Below, one piece after another: positions 11,708-25,089 of a stretch of 64,000 nucleotides of DNA (position 1 is the stretch's first letter; each line of letters starts with the position of its first letter). The notes beneath the pieces were generated by a model, which was not told the DNA's origin, searched no databases, and was given only the letters and a program-made list of their open reading frames with translations. Origin of the DNA: Eledone cirrhosa (taxonomy: Eukaryota); NCBI GenBank assembly GCA_964016885.1, contig OZ024740.1:248620001-248684000 (forward strand). Reading direction: 5' to 3'. A program made the translations under genes and the position numbers.

Positions 11708-13425
11708 GTGAAGGGGAAACTTTTGGCCCAACTATTTGAACTTTGTTTAAAACAAAATATAATTTTTTTTCGGAAAAGAAACATGATGGAGCCACACCAC
11801 CCAACTTCGTCTGACAGCGGTTTAAATGTTGAGGCGAATAACACTGCCCTTCCCACAGCAAATCTGAACACCAACACCACATTAAGCAGTAAGTATCGCC
11901 AACAGCAGCACCAACAACTAAACTAACAATAATGACAACACCAATAACAGCCGCAACAACGACAACACCAACAAAACCAACAACAACATTAAGAAAATTA
12001 CCAACAAGAACACATTCGCTGCGGCAGCAGCCAAAAAGAGGCCATACTTCAGCATGGACCTCTCGATGAAAAGTTGGCCCAGGCCTGGAAGCTCATCAAG
12101 CAAGAGCAAACCTGGGCCAACTTAACTGTCCCGGCAGAAGCCATTGAAGCAGTGGAGCGTAGAACCGTGCATTTCAGATGCATCTCAGCAGAAACAAAGA
12201 GGGCAGCTTTAATTACACAGGCAGATGTTGAAGCCACGCTGAGGTGCATCAGGGATGACACCGAATACATACCAAGAGGAAGACAATAGGGCACCATTTC
12301 GTTGCTGTTTAAATCTCTATAAAACATGCTAGGACACCTTGCAAAACCAGCAAGGTGCTAATTTACCCCTCCCACATGGGAAAACGAACAGTTCATCTCC
12401 GCATTCCCAGGATCCCACCAGGACTTGACATGTGGTGGCTCCTGGGATGTTTGATTGTGGAAGGGACGGATACCGTCCAGATAGAAGTTACAAGGTCTGC
12501 TAGGAAGGACAGGTCCGCGGTTAACCTGCTAAAAGGTGCCAGAGGGTCGAAGGGATCCACTGCTGTCGACATCGGGGCGAGAACCACCACCAACTCCAGC
12601 ACCGGCAAAACCAACAGAAACAACACCAATAGAAGCACCACCACCAACAGTGACCACCCAGGGGGGAAACGAGCAAACCTGTCCAATTCCCCCTCCCCGC
12701 AAAATACACACATGACTAAAAACATAAACACACACACCGACACAGACACACTTACAGACACAGACCTCTCATCTTCCAGTAGTGGAGATGAGGGAAAACT
12801 AAAATCCCCCGAAAAGCAAAAAAGAAAACACACAAACAAACAAACAAAACTCCACAAATCAGAAAAACACCCACAATAAAAAATGCAGACACCACCCACG
12901 CAAACATCTCCCCAACAACACTAGCATTAACACCACCAACACCATTACCATCACCAGAATCCCCCAAAGGCAAACAACCTAAACAGACACAAGAACAAAT
13001 ACACACACAAACATCTGAAACAGCAGACACCGCAGACACCGCACTCACAACAAACACAGACACAACCGAAACAACACCAACAAAACCATCACCACCACTG
13101 CCACGCAAACAAATAAAACCGCACCAACAAAACATACAAAACTTCGTGCTGGTCAAAAGAGCCAACAAGGAATTTATGGCCCTTGTAGCATGAAATAAAG
13201 AAATACAAACAAAAGAGATTTTTAAATCGAGCACATTTCGTGTGCTAGAAGATTTCTTTCTGGTGCATATGTCGCTCGATTCCTACAAAGGAATTCGAGG
13301 GAGCTTTCCTCGAGATGTGGGAACCCCGAACGTAAAACCTACATCCAGACTTTTAAAGGGGTTCCCAAAAGAAACCCCACTAACTATAGAGTCCCGGAGG
13401 TAAGTAAACCTTTCCTCTCTCTCTT
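11708..13425 (+). mobile_element. Decayed ORF1-only relative of the Tx1 element
   Basis: Fragments 11708-13403 parallel ORF1 at 2064-4206 (ERRTVHFRCI vs EHRRLCTVSY; PSHMGKRTVHLRIPRIPP vs PSYCGQRVVKIRVTHVPP; Pro/Thr/Lys-rich tail; same AGGTAAGT end). No ORF2 follows. Confidence 0.7.
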
Positions 13426-13434
13426 TTAGCCCGA

Positions 13435-14510
13435 TAGCAGTATCAAATGTAAGCTGCAGCAGTAGTAGCTACAGCAACAGCAGATGTGAGCTACAGGAGC
13501 AGATGTGTGATGCAGAAACAGATGTGAGCGTAAGTGTCCAAAATTGCAAATAACACCAACAGCACCAGTAGCGGCAACAGTAATAAAACAGAACATGCGT
13601 CTGCAACGGCAATAAATGATGTAACAGATGTAAGTGGTGTCCGTAGCAAGTGAAGCATCATCAGCAACAACAACAACAACAACAACCTATTTTAACAGTT
13701 TCAGCTTTATTATAATTCAACAGATGTACATTATCATCCTGACCACCAACAGCAGCAGCAATAACAACAACAGGTGGAGTTGTTGCAGTAATAGATACAA
13801 GATTTTAACAATAGCAGCAGGAGCACATGTGAGTCACAGCAGCAATATCAGCCACAGTAGGAGTGAGCAACAGCAATCTCAGCAGCAGTAGACATAAGCA
13901 GCTGCAGCAACAGCAAAAACTATAGTAGCAATAACGCTAACAGCAGCATCAACAATACCAGCAGTATGTGTGAATAACAACAGCAGCAGCAGCAACAGTA
14001 GAAATAGTAGCAGACGTAGATATGAGCAGCTGCAGCAACTGAAGCAAGAATGGCAACAGTAGCAATAACAATAGCAACAGTAGCAATAGCAGCAGCAACA
14101 GTAGCAATAGCAGCAGCAACAGTAGCAATAGCAGCAGCAACAGTAGCAATAGCAGCAGCAACAGTAGCAATAGCAGCAGCAACAGTAGCAATAGCAGCAG
14201 CGATATATGTGAGCACCAACAGCAACAATAACAATAACATTAGCAGTAGATGTGACTAACAGCAGCAGAAGTGACTGTGTCAGCAGCAACAACAGTAGCA
14301 ATAACAATTGCTTCAGATGCGAACAGCAGCAGCAACTGTAATAGCAACAACAGAAGCAATAACAGCAGCAGCAGTAGTAGATGTGATCAACAACAGCAGC
14401 AATAACAACAAACGCAGCATAACAGCAGCAGTTGATATAAGCAGTTGTAGCAGTAGTAACAACAACATCAACACCACAATCATCTTCATCATTACCACCA
14501 TCATCGTCAC
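13435..14510. repeat. Degenerate (CAG/CAA/TAG)n low-complexity tract with an internal 21-bp tandem GCAACAGTAGCAATAGCAGCA (about 14053-14200)
   Basis: Directly visible. The ORFs called here are homopolymeric artefacts. Confidence 0.9.
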
Positions 14511-14849
14511 CCTCAGTACGATTCAGGTACCACCACCACTGGTATCACCATATTATTACAGTCATTGATAACTTCATTGTGTGGTGAGGTTAAATAGGTT
14601 AAATGTTGCTTCTACTCTTTTACTACAGATTGTTTCACTGTTTCTAACCCCCCCCCCCTTCCTCTCTCTCTCTCTCTCTCTGTAGAAAAATAGGCAAGCA
14701 ATAGGAAAATAAGGAAAAAGAAATAGAAACCCAGAGCGCAATGAAACGATGCAAAACAAAATCACATCCTAGTTGACAGCTTCCCGATTATGCCACGAAG
14801 AACAGAATTGCTGCCTTTTCCGACTTGTGAATCACAAGGTGCTGGGATT

Positions 14850-15232
14850 GACATAGACCTCACCATATAGACAATCTCGCCATATAAACCTCACCAAATA
14901 TGGCTTCTCATCATACACGCCTTCTCAACATATAGACTTTCTCCATATCTCACAAAGTATATGTTCTCACCATATAGACAGTCTTGCCACATAGATCTTC
15001 TCAATATAGAGACATTTTTAACAAAGATCTCCCCATTATCAACATATAAACCTTCTTGCCCCATAGAACTTCTCATTTGCCATATAGGCCTCCTCAACGC
15101 AGAACTTTTTCAACATATATACATTCTTACCATATAAATCTTCACATATAGATCATCTCAACATATAAAACTTTTCAACATATAAGCATTATCCCCATAT
15201 AAATCTCAGCATATAAACCTCACCATATAGAC
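14850..15232. repeat. Degenerate 16-19 bp tandem repeat with core CATATAGAC/CATATAAAC
   Basis: About 20 irregularly spaced recurrences of the core. Confidence 0.75.
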
Positions 15233-15357
15233 CAACGTTTCCCAATATGGGTGATATCACCTACCTGTGGGCGATTTCAACTCTTGGCTGGGCGATGAAC
15301 AACTGAACAGAAAATGATGGGTGGTTAGAAGTTATGTTGAGAGTGAAATGAGACTAT

Positions 15358-17935
15358 ATGGCTAAAACAGCGAAAGATCTTGACATGGATGTCATATTAG
15401 TACAAGGAGCCCGTATTGGTGATGTCGAGATCTGCTGTAAGCTTTATGTCTATGGGTACAAGCTCATTGTCACAGTACACTTCTCGAAATACGATGTTGC
15501 CACTTACATCAGGAACGCTATTACAGAATTTTCTGTTCTTGAGAAATCCTGCAGAGATGACATATTTATCGTTAATGTGAGAGTCAGGGACCTCACCATC
15601 ACTAATGTGTCCAAGCCACGGAGAAGTACTTGGTCTTCATCTGCTCTGAAAGTCCACTCCCATCTGGAGCTGCATGCTGGTAACTTCAACAGTTACCATT
15701 CTTCATGGGGCTATGCCATAAACAACGAGGCTGGAAAACAGTTGGTGGCATGGGCTTTAGCCTATGACCGCTATCTTCTCCGTCATGTCAAACAACCAGG
15801 CACGTTCCATTTTAGTCACTGGAAAATGGATTACAACCCAGACCTCTGCTAGTGCTCCAAATCAATCAATAGATGTCTTGTTCAAGCTTCTCACAATATA
15901 CTCCCTCACTTCCCCCACGGCCAACAAAGATCACCTGTGATACACATTAGCATAGAGATTCCTGTTATACAATCCAAGTCACTGCCATGGTGGAACTTCA
16001 GGAAAGCTGATTGGGAATACTTCAGCTCAGTGGTAGAGGAACAAATCATCAACTTGGAACCTATTTTCAAGAATTATTCTTCCTTTTGTAAGATTCTTAA
16101 AGACACTTCCAAAAAAAAAGCATTCTGCGAGGTTTGTCAATCTTACACCCCATGCTGGCACCCAGAGTTGAAAGAGCTTCTCAAGAGCTATGAGACCTCG
16201 GGTGATTCGGAAATTGCTACGAAACTCTTAGAATCTCTTGATTCAGCTGGACGGACACGCTAACAGGAAACGGTTGAAAAGTTGGATTTCACTCATTTTA
16301 GTAGGAAAGTATGGAATCTCATTGGGAGACTTGGTGCAGCATCTCCCGTTCAGCACCAACCACCAAAAGTAACCGCTAATGCAGTTTCATCACGCCTACT
16401 TCTTAACTCCAAGGCACCTTCAATCAAGGAGGCACGCCAAGAAATCCGTAAGAATCTCCCAGAAGCCTACTCATCTTCCCTGAAGGCCTCACACTATACA
16501 TGAAATAGCTTTTCATCCACCAAAGCAGACAAGACAGCAAGAATCGACTGCATCTATTCTGACTTCCTTAAGAAACTCAGTCCAATTGCCCAAGACTGGC
16601 TGGCTTCTTTCTTTACAGACATCCACTCAACTGGAGTTATCCCGAAGATCTGAAGAGAAGCCAAAGTCATCACCATTCTGAAACTCAGGAAACCTGCAGA
16701 CGATCCTGCAAATTATCGGCCAATCTATCTCCTCTGTACCTCTTACAAGCTATTTGAACAGCTCCTCTTGGTTAGGCTTGGCCCTTTAGTAGAACCAACC
16801 ATGCCTAAGGAACAAGCAGGCTTCAAACTACAAAGGAGTTGGACTGATCAAATCTTCGTGGAGGCTGGCTACTAGCGAGGTATTAAGACAGAAGCTGCTC
16901 CGGTTGATCTCCCTTCTGCATACGATACTTTATTGAATCGCGGCTTCCTTCTAAAGGCCTGTCGTATCATCAAGTGCCTGGCAACTGTGAACATCCTTGC
17001 CTCCATACCCAGTAACAAAAGATTCAGTGTGTCACTACTAGGTCAAACAAGTTTAACCAGAACCCTGAATGATGGCCTTCCCCAAGGTTCTGTCATGGCG
17101 CCAATCTTCTTTAACATCTATATGAGCGATATGCCCAGGACAACTTCGTAGAAATTTACACACGCAGATGACCTTGCCTTGGCTACCCAATTTATTGACT
17201 TTGACAAACTCAACTTTACACTCACAGAAGACCTGAAGAAGATGGAGGACTGCTACTCCTACTGGCGCCTTCGGCCTGACCCAAGCAAAACCACTGTGAC
17301 AGCCTTCTATCTCAACACCAGACAAGCTAGGACGGAACTCAAAGTCTTCTTCTGTGGTAGACCAGTCAAGAACGAACCACACCCCAAATATCTTGATTTA
17401 ACATTGGATCGCAGCATCTAATCTACCGAGGACACCTAAAGAGGGTTGCCGGAAAGCTTAAAACCAGGATTAATATGATCCGCAAGTTAGCAGGAAACAG
17501 CTAGGGGTCTGATGCACACACACTCTCCGAACTGCGTGCTTAGCACTTGCATACTCGATTACAGAGTAATGTTCACTGGTTTGGACAGTGAATGCTAAGC
17601 AATTGACACCATCGTCAACTCAGCAATGAGAATAGTATCTGGCACACTGAAATCTACACCTACTCAGTGGCTGCCTACTCTTTCTCATATAGCTCCTTCT
17701 TACATGCAGCGTCAGGAGATGATCCGCGAAGCAGCAATTCTTCCTAACCACGAAGACCTGGAAAACCTCCCCAACATGCGCTTGAAATCACGCAAACCAT
17801 TCTGCGAATCAATGAAGAACATTCAGAAAAATAACTTTGATCTAAAGGAAAAGTGGTGAAGATCATGGAATGAGTCCAAATTTGCCAACCAAGACCTCAT
17901 CCAGGACCCCACATCTAAATTTATTGAAGGTATCA
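15358..17935 (+). mobile_element. Decayed APE-RT LINE of the I group, Ingi/Vingi-like
   Basis: Fragments ILVQG, AGNFNSYH, YNPDLC, WNFRKADW, KEQAGF, GLPQGSVMAPIFFNIY, THADD, WRLRPDPSKT, PKYL..TLDRS, MRIVSGTLKSTPTQWLP with many stops. Clade assigned from remembered motifs only. Confidence 0.75.
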
Positions 17936-18097
17936 TAATATAATAAAGAGAGGAGTGTGGAACTGTGTCCTGAATATATTTTTTTATCCCGTTATTACAA
18001 GTTGCATTACTTTGAATAAATAATGAATGAATATTACATAATTTATCTACTAAATTTCGTAACACACGATTAAACATAAATAACTTCATTGCTTATT

Positions 18098-19620
18098 TCA
18101 AGATTCACTTCTTTTAAAAGTGTAGGGTGAGGGACCCGGAATTTGTGGGACGTTCGACGCTGAACTGGATGTTATTGTCAGCATTGTTGAAAGATTCGAA
18201 AATCTTGTTGGCATTCTCCTTGGTGGATGTGAGGATGAGCATATCATCCACATATCTAGCGAAGAAAGAGCAGGTGTCACAGGAGCCAAGTACTCGGTGT
18301 TCTAGTCTGTTCATATAGGAAATGGCCAGTAAACCCGAGAGGCTGGATCCCATGGGTAGTCCAGAGGTCTGTCGGAAGGTTTGTCCCAGGAAGTTGAAAA
18401 AGGTGTTGTTTACAATGATGGAAAGGAGCTGGTGGATGTCGGTGATGGTGAGGCCGAAATAATCCAGGTAGCTGAAACCGACATTTTCAGTGAGTATGTC
18501 CACAGCCGGGATGCAGGTACCGATGTGTAGAGGGATACTAGATCTAGGCTGAAGGCGTACCTGTTGGATTTGAGGGTGTCAAGTTCAAGTTGGTTGAGTC
18601 ACTGAATGACATCATCCGAGCTGTAGACTGTCAACAGGGACTTTAAAATCTTGGACCAAGAGATTTTATATAATAGTCCTTCAACACTGGAGAAAATGGG
18701 TCTAATTTTCAGGTTGGGTCCTTCCTTGTGGGTTTTGATCAGATGGTAGAAGTCGGGCAGCCTGCTGTTTCTCGTTATGTAATTGTACCGGAATCTCTTC
18801 GGAAGCCTTCGTCTGGCGCAGATGTTGGTCCAGGCGATGAGGATCCGGTTCTCTATCAGCGTGGGTGTAATTCCAGTGACTTCCGAGTAGAGACTGTCGT
18901 CGTTGAGATGTTGGTGAGCTAGGTAGTTGTAGGCCTCTCTGGTGATATCACAAAACACTTTTCCCTTGTCCGATGGGAGGTATACAAGGTTCTTAGATCT
19001 GAGGTTGTTTAGGGTATTGAGTTGTGGTCTGGAGAGGTTGTGGTGAGTATGTGTGTGTTTTTGTAGGATGTTAGTAATGGTAAGTTTTAACCGTGAGAGT
19101 TTAATCTCGAGATCACGATTGAAGGGTGGAAGGTGTAGTAAGTTGCCGAGATGGTAGGAGGGGAATTTTGAGTTCATTGGGAGGTCTCTGAAGTGTCGCT
19201 GAAAGACAATCACTTGAGCTTGTAGGCAGCTCTGTAGAAATTGGCCTCAATGTCGAGTATAAGTCTGTCGTCAAGTTGCTGCGTCAGGATGAACCTGGGT
19301 CTGAGACGGAGGAGTTGCATTTCATCGTCTGAAAGAGACCCGGTTAGATCTGTGACGAGGTGTAGGTTGTCATAAGTCTGCAGGTCAAGGAGGGTGGTGT
19401 TCATAGAGTCGGTGGGGTTAGTGTTGTCGTGTTTGTGGCGTTCAACATGTTGAACCCCGACTCCATTAGTGTTAGAGGTGATCTGGTAGGGAGGAGTGTT
19501 GTCATCAGGTTTAGCGCTATTCCTAGCTTTTGTCTGTTTTTTAAAGGCCCAGTAGAATTTATGTTTGAGACGTTCTTTCTCAAATTGGACCCGGGGATGG
19601 TAGCACTGGTCGATAGTGGC
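18098..19620 (-). mobile_element. Penelope-like element, N-terminal and RT regions, decayed
   Basis: LVYLPSDKG, LPDFYHLIKTHK, IRPIFS, FRQTSGLPMGSSLSGLLA, FARYVDD, NIQFSVE. Confidence 0.88.
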
Positions 19621-19928
19621 TGTAGTAGAGAGAGGGACAACGAGAGAGAGGGGGGAGAGAGAGATGAAAAGATTATGATGTTTTTAACGCAGTGACGTGT
19701 ATGTGCATGTGTTTGTGAGCGCGTATGTGTATGTGTATGTGTATGCGTATGTGCATATACATACATGCATATGCTTGAGTATATCACTAATCGCGCAAAC
19801 GCAGACACACTTACAAAAATATACACTCATAGACATACATTCACACAAACACATAAATACATTCACACAAATACACATTTGTTGTTACAGGTTTTATTTA
19901 CAGTTGTATAAAAAATATAATAATATAA

Positions 19929-22285
19929 TTATTTACTTTATTGTGTTGTATCAGATGAAAGAATGATATTTAACTAATGTATTGGTACGCGATGGGGCCC
20001 ACCCACAGCCCCGGCGGACAGAATGGAGAAGGCGTTTCCCCGGAGGGCGGCAAGGGAGACGCGCTGGAAAAGCCACTCCAACTCGCGGGGCTCACACCTG
20101 CGGCTGGCTAGCTCAGCGCCTATGCTGGTGAGTAAGGAGGTAGCCCTGGGGCCGAGGACACCAGAAGTTTCCACTGCCAGGGGAACGACCGCAAACCTGT
20201 CGGAGAGCGACCGGTATTTGAGGAGTTTGGCCCCCTCAGCCCGACGTGCAGCAGAACCTGGGTCAGTCGCAGACTGCACCAGGTTGCGGCTGCAGAAAGT
20301 GTCGGTGCAAGTGGCATCCCAGACGAGGGGTTTGCCACCGCGGAAAGGGAAGATGGTCATGCCATCTGGCCTTTTGCCGTCCCCTCGATCCAGCCCCACA
20401 GGCTCGATCTAGGAAGGGAAGCCTCCAGCATCCAAGCCATGCTTAATGACCTCGTTGAGGGCAGTATGGCGTGGAATGTGGCCGGCACTGTGGCAACAGG
20501 AAAGCGGGTGGAGGCCGAAAGAGTCCACGGTGGAACCGCAGCGACATTGGTGTGGCTGGCAGATCCAGAGGCCGAGCCTCAGGGAAACGCCGATTCGCAG
20601 GCTATGGTTGTCTAGCTGCGTGGCAGTGGAGAAGGAGGGCAGGGAATGGAGCCAGGCACCACTGTGGGGTTTGGAGGCCGCACGAACACAAGCAAGGCGG
20701 TGCTGGTCGAGCTGCCGCGTGAGCCTGTCTGAGGCCAGGCTGCACTGGATGGCATCCCAAGTGCGTTGGGGGACTTGACGTCAACAGGAGGAGAAGAAGG
20801 AGGGACGTCTACTGGGCTAAGTCCCAGCCGGTCCCAGGGCTCACAGGCGGCCTCACGTTCTCTGAACACAGAGGGTTCTGTTGTGTTTTGAAGAGCCCTG
20901 CTGACGAGGACGCGACATGGGTTACCAACGAAAGATACGCCGGCAAAGCTAGTGAGATCGGGGACCGGAGGCCTAGGCCGCCATACCTGACCGGTAAAGT
21001 GGCCTGTTGCCACCCTATGTCGTCAAACTTGACGTTGCATATCCCCTCGGCTGCTGCTCGGATACAAGTATCGAGGTCAGCGAGGAGAGATGTCTGGGTG
21101 TAGCATGGAGCGCTGCGGAGTGTATAGAGGAGCTTCGGCATGGCGAAGCAGTTCCTCAGCAGAAAGAGAGCTGGGTGGCCGTCAATCAAGCCCAGTCGGC
21201 TCGTGAGAGTCTGGAGCTGTTGAAGCCTGGACCTGATGGTGGAGCGGATGGCCGGCAGGCGGATCGGTGACCCGAGGATGAGGACATCCTCTTTGGGGGT
21301 CACCTGAGCCTGGCGGAGAATGGACCGCACGTCCAAGACGGAGGCTGCAAAGCTCGCAGCATCGAGGCTGACGTTCACCACCTCCGACTTGGCCGAGTTG
21401 ACCTGGAGGCCGATTCCCGCCAGGGCATAAATCACTGATTGAAGGTCTTGGCAGACCGTCCGTACGGGCCCGCCCAACGTAGCATCATCCAGATACCAAA
21501 CGTTGAGAGGGGCCGTGATACTCCGGGCGATGTGGTCAATACCAAGGGCGAACAGGAGGGTCCCAAAGGGTCGCCCTGTTGGACCCCAGTAGCCGAGGGT
21601 ATGACCGTATCAGCAGCTAGGAGCATGCTCGGGGCTCCATATGACAGGTAGGCCAGCGGGTAGGCAGAGGGGGCTCGGCTGAGGCAGGCCTCGAGCAGTT
21701 GATCCCGGCGTAAAGAGTTAAAGGCATTCCTCATGTCAAGCTTGACAATGAGGTGCCTGGAGTCCCTGGATGCAGGTACCGATGGGCAGCTACTGAAGAA
21801 CTGCCTGATTGCATGAGAGGCTCCCTCACAGCCACCGGACACGCCGACACCCAGTAGCACCGGACTAAACTCCTCACCCAGTTCGTGTGTGACGGACTTG
21901 CAGATCACCTTGGCAGCCAGCCTCCGGAAGACATTGCCCACAGCAATGGGGCGTATGCCACCCTCTTTCTTCCTGAGAGCGGTGAGGCTGGCCGAAAAAA
22001 AGAGGCCTCGGGCTTAAGGGTCGAGGGCACCATGAATGAGCCTATTGTTGAGCGCCACAATTGCACTCAGATGGCGGCGCCCGGCCTCAGCGGAGAGGGG
22101 GGATGTCAACTCCTTGAGGTGGCCTGGTTGGAGACCATCAACACTCCGCAGCTGCTAGCTGGGAAGGACCTGATGGCGGACATGATATCTGCATCAGTAG
22201 CCACAAGGAGCAGGTGGGAGTCGCGTGGAGGTATGGGTCTGAGATCAGTGGGTGGCTCAGGGTGTTTGAGCCGCAGAGCAGCCAG
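19929..22285 (-). mobile_element. CRE-clade-like non-LTR retrotransposon (RT plus restriction-like endonuclease), 5'-truncated and frameshifted
   Basis: LRLKHP, GNVFRRLAAKV, KLDMRNAFNSL, GVQQGDPLGP, GGLGLRS, and C-terminal RGDGKRPDGMT..LVWDATCTDT..KY..PLAVET (PD-D/ExK nuclease). AATAAA lies 3' of the stop. Confidence 0.85.
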
Positions 22286-22421
22286 TCTGATACAACACAA
22301 TAAAGTAAATAAAATACTAAAATAAAAAAAAATAAAAATATATATATAATTATTACAGAACGAAAACACAAACAAATATAGTATGTACAAAGGAAAGGGA
22401 AAAGAAAAAAAGGAGGAGAAA

Positions 22422-22745
22422 AACACACAAGCGGGTAATATACACATCTAGGACCACATATAATACTCAAGCAGGTAACACACACACCTAGGATCAAATA
22501 TAACACACAAGCAGGTAATACATACATCTAAGACCACATACAACACAGAAGAAGGTAATACATACATCTAAGACCACATACAACACACAAGCAGGTAATA
22601 CATACATCTAGGGCCACATACAACACACAAGAAGGTAATACATACATCTAAGACCACATACAACACACAAGCAGGTAATACATACATCTAGGGCCACATA
22701 CGACACACAAGCAGGTAATACATACATCTAGGACCACATACAACA
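22422..22745. repeat. 40-bp minisatellite CATACATCTAAGACCACATACAACACACAAGCAGGTAATA, about 8 units
   Basis: Directly visible tandem repeat. Confidence 0.95.
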
Positions 22746-23294
22746 AAAGGCGGGTGAAAGAGGTGGACAAACGAGCCACTACCAGAGCAAAAGATAATAT
22801 CACAAGGAGCACTGGGAAACCTCTCTAATAATTTTTTAGGCAAGCCAGCACACTCGCAGCGTTACCTCGGGTGGTGGCGAGTCTGAGGCGCTGAAACAAC
22901 CTAGCGCCCTCATGAATATCACCAATTACCTCTGTTAGGCGAGCCGCCAGTGAAGATAAGAATCCGCCACGGTATTTTAGGAGTTGTTCCGTTCAGCTGC
23001 GGATGCAGTAGTTCTCGCTCTTACTGCTGCATCCAGGATAAGGGGAAAAGCAATGGTGTCACTAACTGTGACGTGAGTTTGTCGGCATTCTTAAATTAGA
23101 GACGTGTGTATGTTATATATATGTGTGTGTATGTGTCATATATATATGTGTGTGTGTGTGTCACCGTTTTTAAGTTAGAGACATATATATGTGTGTATCC
23201 CCTTTTTTCCTTTTACACACCTACATTCACACTAACACACATTTTGTGACGGACGGACAGAATTCCCTCAAATTTATATACATGTGTTATATAC

Positions 23295-23832
23295 ATGAGT
23301 TCCACTGAAGCAGGCGGAGAAGTTCAAGTACCTCGGAGCCATGTTCATAAGTGATGGAAGGCAAGAGGCTGAATTAAGTGCAAGAATCGCTGTCTTCATG
23401 GTATTCCTGCCAATCCTTACCGAAGGTCGTGAATCTTGGGTAATGACCGAAAGAATACAATTGCAAATACAAGCGGCAGAAATGGGGTTTCTCCGAAAAG
23501 GTCTTTGGAGTAACTTTAGTCGATAAAGTGCATAGCCCAGAGATCAGAGAGTCACTCCTGGTAGAGCCGCTACTTCTCCAGATTGAGAGATCACAACTCC
23601 GGTATTATCAGCATATGGTTAGAATCTCAGGAAAAATTGCTGGAGAGATTATACAGGCAAAACCAACCGGCCGGAGACCCAGAGGTAGACCCTGAGCAAA
23701 ATAGTTGGGTAACGCTTTGGGATCCAGCTGGATCAATTAGAGTTTGCTTCTGACAGACTCGCTGGAAGGAATGTTTCAGAAGAACTCTATTGCCACGACC
23801 CTCTCAGAAATAAGTGGGCGAAGAAGAAGATA
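23295..23832 (+). mobile_element. RTE-clade LINE 3' fragment
   Basis: EKFKYLG, ESWVMTERIQLQIQAAEMGFLR. Homologous to 24204-24895, and both end in a GAAGAA-type tail. Confidence 0.8.
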
Positions 23833-24203
23833 TTGTCTATTTACTTTTCAATTTACATATATCTATAAGCATATATATAACACCAATATGCACACTACAT
23901 ATGCTAGCAGAAAACCGTTCAATTAGCGGTTTATCTGCTAGTTTTTTAATGAGCATAACAATTTTCTTTCCTGTGCATTCTCTTCTCTCTTAAAACTTGA
24001 ACTTTCGCAACTTTTTCTTATAGTTCTCTGTGTGGCTCACCAGCGGCATTTAATATAAAACATATCGACGGCAGGCTTAGTGGTGTACTGCAGTTATATA
24101 TATGTGTGTGTGGTGGCGGGGTGTACAGGATTGACATGCGCAGTCAGGTTGGAAGTGGTATCACGACTGGCTGATGTAAAATCAGTCGGCTGGAATTTGC
24201 AGA

Positions 24204-24895
24204 TTACTTAACTTGACTGGAGGTGATCTCCAACTTGCACTTGATAAGTTTGATGCCGAGTGCTGCATAGCTGGAATCCTCCGCAGTGCACTTCTCATGT
24301 GAATGGAGTTCCACTAAAGCAGGTAGTGATGGAAGACGGGAGGCTGAATTGAATGCAAGAATTGCAAAAGAATTGCAAAAGCTGGTGCAGTAATACGCCA
24401 GCTTCAGCATTCAGTAATCGGAGGAGGTAGGCGTAAAAGCCAAACTCGCTATCTTCAATTCGGTTTTCATGCCAACCCTTACCTATGGTCATGAATCTTA
24501 GGTAAAGACCGAAAGAATACGATCGCTAATACAAGCGGCCGAAATGAGGTTTCTCCAAAGGATATTTTGAGTAACATTCTCGGAGATCAAAGAATCACTA
24601 CAGGTAGAGCCGCCTCTTCTCCGAATTGAGAGATCACAGCTCCCATACTATAGGTATGTGGTTAGAATATCTCAGGAAAGAATCGCTGAACAGATTTTAC
24701 GGGCGAAACCAAGGAGACCCAGGGGTAGACCCCGAGCAAGATGGTTGGATAACATCCATGAACTTGGTTGGTCACGTTTGGGGATCCAGCCAGATCAGTT
24801 GCAGACGGTTGCTTCTGACAGAACCCGTTGGAGGGAGTGTTTGAGGACTCTGCCCGATGATTCTCTCAGGATTAAGTGGGCGAAGAAAAGAAGAT
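24204..24895 (+). mobile_element. RTE-clade LINE 3' fragment (same family as 23295-23832)
   Basis: DLQLALDKF, PTLTYGHES, IQAAEMRFL, RPRGRPRARWLDNI. Confidence 0.82.
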
Positions 24896-25027
24896 ATATA
24901 TATGTGTGTGTGCGTATATGTATATATATAAATGAAGTATTTCCGTAGGAAAGGTAAAGGAAAAGAGAGTGCTCTATGTAGACTATAGAGCTTTTTAGTT
25001 ATGTAATAAACAGTATAAGATAATTAT

Positions 25028-25089
25028 TTCATTTACCAGCGGTTTCTTGAAGACAGATATTTATATCTGTCTTCAGTCGTCAGAACGAA
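25028..25089 (-). ncRNA. Minimal type I hammerhead ribozyme, intact core
   Basis: Minus strand reads ttcgtt-CTGACGA-c-tgaagacagatat-aa-atatctgtcttca-a-GAAA-cc-gct-gg-TA-aatgaa. Stem I is 6 bp (one G.U), stem II is 13 bp with a C.A mismatch at its base, and the triplet is GUA. Confidence 0.8.

Noticed and set aside
13491-14568. Poly-Leu/Cys/Ala ORFs
   Set aside because: Trinucleotide low-complexity artefacts with no splice or domain support.
15234-15300. hAT-like terminal sequence CAACGTTTCCCAA
   Set aside because: No matching second TIR or TSD was found.
22422-22745. Regularly spaced repeats resembling a CRISPR array (also 49877-50091)
   Set aside because: The units are contiguous with no unique spacers, there are no cas genes, and the context is eukaryotic. 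These are minisatellites.
22880-22920. GCGCT/AGCGC hairpin with faint hammerhead-like flanks on the minus strand
   Set aside because: Both core segments deviate too much to support a call.
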